From Candidatus Methylacidithermus pantelleriae (GTDB lineage Bacteria > Verrucomicrobiota > Verrucomicrobiia > Methylacidiphilales > Methylacidiphilaceae), in the NCBI RefSeq assembly GCF_905250085.1, contig NZ_CAJNOB010000056.1, forward strand, positions 39,035-63,034: DNA of 24,000 bases, given 5' to 3'. Every line of letters begins with the position of its first letter. The stretch's first letter is position 1. The notes under the pieces were generated by a model, which was given only the letters and a program-made list of their open reading frames with translations, searched no databases and was not told where the DNA came from. Below, piece by piece: positions 1 through 7,552 of this stretch. The position numbers and the translations under genes are program-made.

Positions 1-420
<420 letters not shown>

Positions 421-463
421 TCAACCCTGACCGTGATTGTTTTTGACCGTTCGCCTTTTCGGA

Positions 464-1759
464 ATGGAAACTAACCCCTTGAGCGATATCGATTCCCGGG
501 AGCGCTTAGCCGAAGCAGGGGTTTTTGTCCTTCGGCAATTGCACAAGGCTCGTTCCTTCTTTCAACGAGACTGGAGGGCAAGTCCTTCTCTCTTCCCGTT
601 ATCTTTGGAAGAAGTCCGGTTTTTGGAAAAACTTGGCCGATATCTCTACCGCTTCACCCGTGCCTGCGATCTGCTGTACCACTGGAGCCTTCGCGGGAAA
701 GCTCCGGCATGGGTTAGCGAGCTATTGGATCGCGGTAAACCTCCGGAGCTCATCGAGCTTGGCCGGGATCCCCGACTGCGAGGTGAGCTTCCCTTGGTCA
801 TCCGGCCGGATCTTGTGTTGACCCCCGATGGATTTGCGCTTTGCGAACTGGATAGCGTCCCAGGCGGGATTGGACTGACTGCGTGGCTTCAGGAAGTGTA
901 TGCGGGGTTGGGAGAGCAACCCATTGGGGGAGCCAAAGGGATTCGGGAAGCATTTGATGCGATTTTTCCTACTGGCGAGGTGGTGATCGCAGAGGAGGCC
1001 CGGGGCTATTGGCCAGAGTTTGAGTATTTGGTGGGAGCTAGCCGGGTTGTTCCCGCCGAGGGCTATCGGTGTGGAAACGATCCCATCTACCGGTTCTTCG
1101 AGTGTTTCGACTGGATGAATCTTTCTTCCCTTCGCCAAACCTACCGTCCTGGATCCCCCTGGATGACTCCCCCGTTGAAGGCGTATTTAGAGGAAAAGAT
1201 GTGGCTTGCGCTTTTCTGGATGCGACCCCTGCGTTCCTTTTGGCTTCGAGAGCTTAGTGAAAAAGGGTTTCGGTTCCTTCAATCGGTGATTCCTTACTCC
1301 TGGGTAGTGGATCCCACCCCGCTCCCTCCTCACGCGGTGATCCCCGAGCTAGGCATTCAGGACTGGAGGGAACTGGGGAGGTTCAGCCAGAAGGAACGCG
1401 AAGTTGTGCTCAAGATTTCCGGCTTTTCCCCACTAGCTTGGGGTGCGCGGGGCGTTTTTGTCGGGTCTGATCTTCCCCAGATCGAGTGGGCAAAGAAAGT
1501 CGAGGAGGCCATCCAGAGCTTTGCCACGCATCCCTTTATCCTGCAGCGGTTTGTCAAGGGTCGGGTGGTTCGCCACTACTGGATTCGAGAGGATGGAGTG
1601 GTCCTTCCGATGGAGGGACGAGCCCGGGTCAGTCCCTTTTATTTTATTATCGGGGAAGAGGTGCGATTGGCGGGGGTCCTTGTAACTGTCTGCCCGCTGG
1701 ATAAAAAGCTCCTCCACGGGATGCGAGACGCGCTTTTGGTCCCGGCAAAACAGGCATAA
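464..1759 (+). CDS. ATP-grasp-fold protein of unknown function, resembling circularly permuted ATP-grasp / glutathionylspermidine-synthase-like families
   Basis: Long ORF (track 437-1759, which starts at a TTG); the first ATG is at 464. Motifs seen: RPDLVLTPDGFALCELDSVPGGIG (resembles the R.D...LE.N..P.G motif), VLKISGFSPLAWGARGVFVG and FILQRFV. The family assignment is from memory, not from a search. Neither start has a clear SD. Confidence 0.6.
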   Translation: METNPLSDIDSRERLAEAGVFVLRQLHKARSFFQRDWRASPSLFPLSLEEVRFLEKLGRYLYRFTRACDLLYHWSLRGKAPAWVSELLDRGKPPELIELGRDPRLRGELPLVIRPDLVLTPDGFALCELDSVPGGIGLTAWLQEVYAGLGEQPIGGAKGIREAFDAIFPTGEVVIAEEARGYWPEFEYLVGASRVVPAEGYRCGNDPIYRFFECFDWMNLSSLRQTYRPGSPWMTPPLKAYLEEKMWLALFWMRPLRSFWLRELSEKGFRFLQSVIPYSWVVDPTPLPPHAVIPELGIQDWRELGRFSQKEREVVLKISGFSPLAWGARGVFVGSDLPQIEWAKKVEEAIQSFATHPFILQRFVKGRVVRHYWIREDGVVLPMEGRARVSPFYFIIGEEVRLAGVLVTVCPLDKKLLHGMRDALLVPAKQA

Positions 1760-2023
1760 CTCTTTTCGTGACAAGGGAGTAACCCGTAGAACTTGTCGCA
1801 AGACGGGAATAAGCTGGCGTTTTGGGGAGGGACCGAGGGAATGTAAAACTCCGGGCGAGAAGCAGGTCCACGAAAAAAGGACGCAGCCATAAAATCTCCC
1901 TAAAAGGTTCTTTTTGTTCCCTCGAGCCTTCCGGCGATGCGGCCCGGCTTCTTTGCAGGATGCCAGAGGGTTTTTTCTTCCGGCGCTGGGATTTGCCAAA
2001 GCGATTGCGCTCCAAAAAACGAT

Positions 2024-2064
2024 CCTAAGCTCTCCCAAATCCTCTCGTGAATGGAGAGCTTAGG
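2024..2064. repeat. Perfect 12-bp inverted repeat (CCTAAGCTCTCC, 17 nt, GGAGAGCTTAGG) about 150 nt upstream of sucC
   Basis: Arms at 2024-2035 and 2053-2064 are exact reverse complements, read directly from the sequence. The function (operator, RNA hairpin, or terminator of the upstream gene) is unknown. Confidence 0.5.
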
Positions 2065-2212
2065 CCATCAAGCGCTTGGTAGCCCAAGAGGATGGATGGT
2101 AAAGGGAAAAAAAAGAGGCTTCGGCGGGTCTCCTGTCCGAGCCCTCTTGAAAAAAGGGGATTCATGGGCGACCCTCTTTCGGTTATCGGTGATTGAGGAG
2201 GGGTTAGTCACG

Positions 2213-3394
2213 GTGCTTCTTAACGAGTGGGAAGGAAGAAGATTACTCGAGGCGGCAGGGATTTCTCTTCCGAGGGCAGCGATCGCGACTTCTGCCGAGG
2301 AAGCCGAAGAAATCGCTCTCCGGTTAGGAATTGACCGGCTGGTGATCAAGCCTGTCATTCGAGCTGGAGGAAGAGGAGTTGGAAGATGGATAGGGCAAGA
2401 GGAGGAAAGAGGAGGAATTGCCTTTGCTCACAACCCGAGAGAGGTCCGAAGCGTGGCCGAAAAAATGCTGGGTCGGAGGCTTGCCACTCCCCAAACACCC
2501 CCTGAGGGGGAACTAGTACGGCAAGTCCTCCTTGTGGAGAAGCTCGATCTGCAACGAGAGGTGTATTTTGCCGTGCTTGTAGACGGCCGAAAAGGGGCGC
2601 CCCTTATTGTGGCGAGTCCTCAGGGAGGAAGCTATGTGGAGGAGCAAAAGCAAAAGCGTTGGATCGAGTGGGTGCATCCGGAGCGAGGGTGGAAAGCCTT
2701 TTCCGCTCGCAGGGTTGCCAAGTATTTGGGGTGGGACGGGGAGAATCTCCCGGTTGCTACCGAGTTTCTGCTACGCCTCTACGAGACGTTTTGTAGGTAT
2801 GACTGCCTTCTTTTGGAAATGAATCCCCTCGGGGCCAACGCAGGGAAGGGGGAGCCGGTCATCGTCGACTGCCGGCTTTTCATTGATGATAATGCGTGGG
2901 AGGACCATCCCGAGTTGCGAAGATTGGCACAGGAGGAAGAGGAGGTCCTGGGCCCGTGGAAATGCTTGGAGCTAGGTCTAAGCTACGTGCGGTTGGGCGG
3001 GAACATCGGTTGTCTTGTCAACGGCGCAGGTTTGGCGATGGCAACCATCGATTTAATCCAGCGATGGGGAGGGAAACCGGCCAATTTTTGTGATGTCGGC
3101 GGAGGAGCTGATTTGGAACGCGTCAAAACGGGCCTGCGGCTTCTCTCTCGACAACCTGAGGTTTCGGTCATTTTAGTCAATATCTTTGGGGGTATTCTTC
3201 ATTGTGATCTTCTCGCACAAGCCCTGGTGGAAGTCGTCGAGGAATCTCCCCTAACTGTTCCCGTGATCGTCCGTTTGGAGGGGACCCGGGCAAGAGAAGC
3301 TTGGGAGGTTCTTCAAAAGTTTTCCGAGCTTTTTGAAGTAGCGGGGGATTTCGAGCAAGCCGTGCGAAAGGCCGTGACGCGGGCAAGGCGCTAG
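2213..3394 (+). CDS. sucC: Succinate--CoA ligase (ADP-forming) beta subunit
   Basis: C-terminal motifs GNIGCLVNGAGLAMATIDLI, GGKPANFCDVGGGA, VNIFGGILHCD and VIVRLEG closely match E. coli SucC. The GTG at 2213 gives (V)LLNEWEGRRLL, which aligns with MNLHEYQAKQLF, and GAGGAGG lies at 2194-2200. The track ORF starts at 2051 with a non-homologous 54-aa extension. Confidence 0.9.
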   Translation: MLLNEWEGRRLLEAAGISLPRAAIATSAEEAEEIALRLGIDRLVIKPVIRAGGRGVGRWIGQEEERGGIAFAHNPREVRSVAEKMLGRRLATPQTPPEGELVRQVLLVEKLDLQREVYFAVLVDGRKGAPLIVASPQGGSYVEEQKQKRWIEWVHPERGWKAFSARRVAKYLGWDGENLPVATEFLLRLYETFCRYDCLLLEMNPLGANAGKGEPVIVDCRLFIDDNAWEDHPELRRLAQEEEEVLGPWKCLELGLSYVRLGGNIGCLVNGAGLAMATIDLIQRWGGKPANFCDVGGGADLERVKTGLRLLSRQPEVSVILVNIFGGILHCDLLAQALVEVVEESPLTVPVIVRLEGTRAREAWEVLQKFSELFEVAGDFEQAVRKAVTRARR

Positions 3395-3434
3395 GAGAGG
3401 GCGGGAGAAGCCTGGGGAGGGGGCTTTCTCGGCA

Positions 3435-4313
3435 ATGGCGATCTTAGTAAATGCAGAAACAAGGGTTGTGGTCCAGGGGATTACGGGCCGAGCAGGGTCG
3501 TTCCATACGCGCGCATGCTTGGAATATGGGACCAAGATCGTGGCTGGCGTAACTCCGGGGAAAGGAGGCAGGAGGTTTGATGGGAAGATCCCTATTTTCG
3601 ATACGGTGGAGGAAGCAAAGGAAAGTACCGGATGCAATGCAAGTCTCATCTTTGTCCCTGCTCAAGCGGCTCCTGATGCCATTTTGGAAGCGGGAGCAGC
3701 TGGTTTGGATCTGGTGGTTTGTATTACAGAAGGAATTCGCGTGCATGACATGATGCGGGTGAGGTGGCAGTTGCAGCAAAGCCACACGCTTCTCTTAGGT
3801 CCCAATACCCCGGGGATTATTTCGCCTGGGCAATGCAAAATCGGGATTATGCCGGGCTATATCCACCGGCCCGGGCCGGTGGGAGTAGTCTCTCGAAGCG
3901 GCACCCTTACCTATGAGGCGGTGTGGCAGGCAACGCTGGAAGGACTGGGGCAGTCTACGTGCTTGGGTGTGGGTGGGGACCCGATCCATGGAATGAGTTT
4001 GGGAGAAGCTTTGTTCAAATTTATGGAAGACCCTCAAACGGAGGCCATTCTTCTTTTAGGGGAAATTGGAGGAGGGCAAGAGGAAGAGGTGGCTAAGCTT
4101 CTCTCTGAAGGGAGAATAACCAAACCTGTGGCAGCTTTTATCGCAGGGAGTGCGGCTCCCAGCGGCCGCCGGATGGGACATGCTGGAGCCATTGTTTTTG
4201 GCGAATCCGAGCGGGCCCGGACCAAAATGGAACGGCTCGAGGCTGCCGGCGCGTGGGTAATCGAAGATCCCTCGAAAATCGGGAAGACCCTTCGCAGACT
4301 CCTGCGAGGCTGA
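3435..4313 (+). CDS. sucD: Succinate--CoA ligase alpha subunit
   Basis: Motifs MAILVNAETRVVVQGITGRAGSFHT, VAGVTPGKGG, SRSGTLTYEAV, GVGGDP and the phosphohistidine loop MGHAGAIV. A G-rich SD lies upstream. It starts 40 nt after sucC. Confidence 0.95.
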   Translation: MAILVNAETRVVVQGITGRAGSFHTRACLEYGTKIVAGVTPGKGGRRFDGKIPIFDTVEEAKESTGCNASLIFVPAQAAPDAILEAGAAGLDLVVCITEGIRVHDMMRVRWQLQQSHTLLLGPNTPGIISPGQCKIGIMPGYIHRPGPVGVVSRSGTLTYEAVWQATLEGLGQSTCLGVGGDPIHGMSLGEALFKFMEDPQTEAILLLGEIGGGQEEEVAKLLSEGRITKPVAAFIAGSAAPSGRRMGHAGAIVFGESERARTKMERLEAAGAWVIEDPSKIGKTLRRLLRG

Positions 4314-4949
4314 CAGTGGCAAGAAGGTTTCGGTCTACGGTGTTACGGGAAGACGCAAAGCCGATGCGCGCTCAATTGAGGGAGAAAGAAGCCGGCCAAC
4401 GTTGTGTCATTGTCGATGTAGCCGGAAATTGTGGATGAACTTCCCAGCCGCAGTGTCCCAAAGCGGGACCGTTCGGGGCAGATTGGAGCTGGGCACTTGG
4501 GTGGGCGCGTTCCGCCAGGATCTCGGTCTATTCCCTTGTGATCTCCAGCAGGCCGGTCTCATTACCTGGCTGGAAAAAAACATTGCCTGCTTGGCCATCG
4601 AAAAAGCGTAGTCCTAGCTCGCTCAAGGTAACGCTCTTCCGTAGATCCTGTGCCGTTTTCCGAATCCGCCCGGCGTCCTGAAAGAGCTTCTTTCTGCACG
4701 AATCGCTTGTCCCTGCTTCTCCTCTCCTCGGTCACGAAAACCGCAGCCCTGATAGAGAGTTCGTCCACGGCGTTCTCGCCCTTCGGCCGATGCTCGAGCG
4801 AGATCGGCTGGATCGGAGCGATGAGTCTCAAACTATGCGCGAGGCAAGCCTTGGTTGCACTTCGGTCGCACATGTTCCAGCCTAGTCTTGGATCGTTGGG
4901 AACTGACCGGCTCACGCGGGAAAAGAATAGTGAGTGAATGAGCAGGCAT

Positions 4950-6850
4950 CCACCTCGGGGAAAAAATCCTGGCCGAAGCGCTACTTCTTTTGCCATAACG
5001 GCGGTTCCAGCGTCCTGATGGGACTCGCCCAGCGGTTAGTGTGGGCCGCGAAAAGGGTGAATCGTCCCGTGGGGAGGAAGGTATTTCCACCCGGCAACGA
5101 TTGGTCCAGGCGGAAACACCTGGAGGAGCTATCCGAGGTAACACGGGAGCTCGAAGGGCTCTCTCGAAAAGGCCTGGAAAGCGGGCGAATCGGCAAGCAG
5201 GCCCTACCGCAAGGGGGACGCTCTAACCAAACCTTGGAAACCGCGGGATAACGGCGCTGGGGCCTTCTCGCACAAAAAGCGAAAGCCGAAGTCTCTCTGG
5301 GAAGGACGAGCAAATACCGAGAACTAGGCAAGAGCATGCGTGCCAAGGAGGGTGCACGAGGAAAAAACGGGGGCCCATCCGGCCAATCGTTCGAGAGAAT
5401 GCCGAACGGGCTAGCCACTGCCCCGTGAGAAAAGAAAGTGGGACCAGATCGGAGTCGGATGGGTCCACGGTACTGTGGGACTCGGAGAAAGGCCCTAGGG
5501 ATGGGAAGGGGCAGGAGCAGGAGACTTCCAGAGGGAAACGTCGGAAGAATCGAGGCGACCGAGATGGGACGAATGGCTCCACGAGAATCTCCCAACAGTG
5601 TTCGGAAGTTCCCCATCGCGTTGCAGGCGAAAAGGAAGGCAAATTTCACCTATGGGCCGGGGCGATATGGCGGGTGTGCATCCCCAAAACCTGGCGGGAA
5701 CCGGAGGCGGCAAGGGAGACGCACCCTACGAGATGGGATGGTCCAGATGGCGACGGTTCTGGTACCTTCGCCCGATCTTTGAGGTGCATTCCCTATGCGC
5801 CTTGGATGAAGAGCCTAGCTTCGCCAGATACCTGTGGAGCCAGGCTTGCGCTTTTGAAAAGCCTGGCTGGAAATGTCCGTCGCGGTAGAGGACCGGCAGG
5901 GAAGGAAGCGGCGGGCGATTCAGGCCAAGGACGACCGGAGGCATGGGACACCGCAAGGAGCTCCCGTCTCTTGCTCTTTTGGCCAACCTCTCTATCTAAG
6001 CGGTTTATTCTGGCGTGGCAAAGAGAAGGGTGGATGGCCAAGTGGGCCGCCCACGTTGTACCGTAGGCCCTCGACGATGTGAGCCTTTGCCGGGGCTTCA
6101 TGCCGAGGAAGCCGCCAACCAAAATAAAGACCATCATGGAGCGAATCGGGCTTACTCTAAAGGGAGGAAACGACCCGGGTAGGCGCCCGAGTACCAGAGG
6201 AAAGCTTTTGAGTTTGTCGGTTACGCCTTGGGTCTTTGTTACAAGCCCACTACGGGTCAAAGCTAGCCGGGAAGAAAACCCTCAAAGCAACGGGTCAAGC
6301 GGCTATTGCAGAGTGTGAGCCAATGGCTCCGGGGGCTTTGCGGGGATAGGCAAACTCCTTCTGTCTTGGATGGTTTGAGCGCAAGCCTACCGGGCAGTGG
6401 ATCGTCACGTCGGGTACCGGCTCCGCTAGTGGCTCGGGCCTCAAGCCAGAAAGTCCAAGGGCAAGGAACGACTGAGTTTCCGGACGGTAATCCAGCGAGA
6501 AAAGGGTCCGAAGGCCCGAATGCGGGAAATCCACGCGTTCCGGTGCATGGAGCGGGCCCGCAAACGGTCGAGAGTGAGGGTAGGAGAGGCACTGCCACAC
6601 CGAAAGGGGGTAGCCCCAATATGCATTTCCTCGATCGCACCAGAGGATTCCTCAAGTCTAGGTAGAATTGCTGGAGCGCCCCAGCCACGAGCCGGCTCGG
6701 CGGGGTAGAGCTCGCTAGCTGCATAGGGGGGGCGCCACTGGCGGGGTAAGTTCAGCTTGCCGTCACCTACGCGGGGAGGCGGCTGGAAGGAAAAGGGCAA
6801 GTTCCGTGAGGCCTCCCTCATGCCTATTGCCCTTTTCCGGCTGGTGAAGC
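4950..6850 (+). ncRNA. Candidate large purine-rich non-coding transcript of unknown class; boundaries approximate
   Basis: My own base counts: 5461-5520 is G28 A14 C11 T7, and 5881-5940 is G28 A15 C14 T3. All three plus frames stay open at once over long stretches, which fits T depletion rather than coding. There are many short local hairpins, for example a 10-bp stem at 5838-5847/5859-5868. No Rfam family was recognised by eye. Confidence 0.3.
6789..6838. repeat. Hairpin with a perfect 12-bp stem (GGAAAAGGGCAA / TTGCCCTTTTCC) and a nested 5-bp TGAGG/CCTCA stem, located at the strand-composition switch
   Basis: Arms at 6789-6800 and 6827-6838 are exact reverse complements. The 26-nt loop contains TGAGG-CCTC-CCTCA. 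There is no U-tract on either side, so this is not a canonical intrinsic terminator. Confidence 0.5.
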
Positions 6851-7552
6851 GTGGCCAGAGCCGTGCACGGGAATCGATTCGTAGGAGGATGGAACTCAGC
6901 CCTGCTAAACAGTGCCAAGCGTCCGTGAGACTTCGCCTGGGTCAGTAGCCCATAAGTATATTCCCGGCTTGTGGTGCGTGGATATACCGCCGTGCCCTTC
7001 CGATCCCTTTGCTGCCATCAGGTGCTTTCCAAGGGAGAGTCTGCGTAATGTTTGCCGGTATCCTTGGCTGGGTCGGTGTGGAATATGGTCTTGCGCTTCC
7101 TTCGCTCCCCACTCCGATTCCATAGCTCTGCCAGCCTTGGGCTGGCTTATATTGATCTCACACCGTTCCGGAGCGGGACCGTTATCGATTTCACCTCATT
7201 TGGTGGGGGGTTGCCGGCTGGGTTCCTGCTTCTCGGGCAGGCTGTGTACCGCACGCCTTGCGCCTTTGTGCCGCAGAGCCCTTCTGCACAGCCGTCACCT
7301 GCCGAGGGGGCCTTCGGCTCGGGTGGCTCTTAGGACGACCAGCCCATCCGGCCGCTAGTTGAGTGACGTTACGGCCAATCGTTGGCAAAAAACCCGGATC
7401 GGTCCTGCAAAAACCAAGGCGTGTGAGAATGAGTTGCTATGGGCCGATCATTGAGAGCTTTGGTATTTTGTCGGGAAAGGAGGATGAAAAAGAGCATGGG
7501 AGAGGGCCTTCTTTCGTGTAACTCGCACGCTTCGCTAGGCAAGATTCGAGGA

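Larger units (their letters stand above)
4314..7552. other. 3.2 kb region without a credible protein-coding gene; candidate large non-coding RNA(s) and/or decayed genes
   Basis: All track ORFs here overlap one another in several frames, are R/G/P/S-rich and low in complexity, and none resembles a protein family I recognise. Strand composition changes in blocks: about 4400-4950 is pyrimidine-rich on plus, about 4950-6850 is purine-rich on plus, and about 6900-7380 is pyrimidine-rich on plus. Confidence 0.6.

Noticed and set aside
2051-2212. A 54-aa N-terminal extension of SucC, as drawn in the ORF track.
   Set aside because: It has no homology to SucC N-termini. The GTG at 2213 aligns with the canonical start and has a good SD.
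5411-5425. GCCACTG, reminiscent of a cobalamin riboswitch B12-box context.
   Set aside because: There are no surrounding conserved cobalamin riboswitch elements and no downstream gene to regulate.
5498-5511. A possible G-quadruplex in GGGATGGGAAGGGG.
   Set aside because: There are only three G-runs of 3 or more within a short distance, and no fourth run close enough for a canonical G4.
5895-5915. An SRP (4.5S) RNA-like string, GGGAAGGAAGCGGC.
   Set aside because: It resembles CCGGAAGGAAGCAGC only superficially. The flanks cannot form the helix 8 stem closed by a GGAA tetraloop.
4981-6066. The longest ORFs inside the gap: 4981-5649 minus (222 aa) and 5425-6066 plus (213 aa).
   Set aside because: They overlap each other and other ORFs in all frames. 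Their composition is extreme (P/S/R/L-rich or G/R/E/K-rich) and they carry no recognisable motifs. Their length is explained by T depletion, which removes stop codons on both strands.
6440-6980. RNase P RNA was suggested by AGAAAGTCCAAGGGC at about 6446 and TTCCCGGCTTGT at about 6961.
   Set aside because: The two strands cannot form P4, since AAGTCCAAGG does not pair with CCCGGCTT. The spacing of about 520 nt is too long. The other conserved regions (GGGUGCCAGGUAACGCCUGGG, GGUAAGGGUGAAAGGGUG) are absent.
4314-7552. The size of the gap (3.2 kb) suggested a 23S+5S rRNA locus or a 16S gene.
   Set aside because: I found none of the universally conserved rRNA strings on either strand: GGATAACAGGCTGAT, AGTACGAGAGGACCGGAGTG, GACGGAAAGACCCCGTGAACC, GTGCCAGCAGCCGCGGTAA, ATTAGATACCCTGGTAGTCC. 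Only short chance resemblances occur, for example GGGATAACGGCG at about 5243 and CAGGCATCCACC at about 4943.
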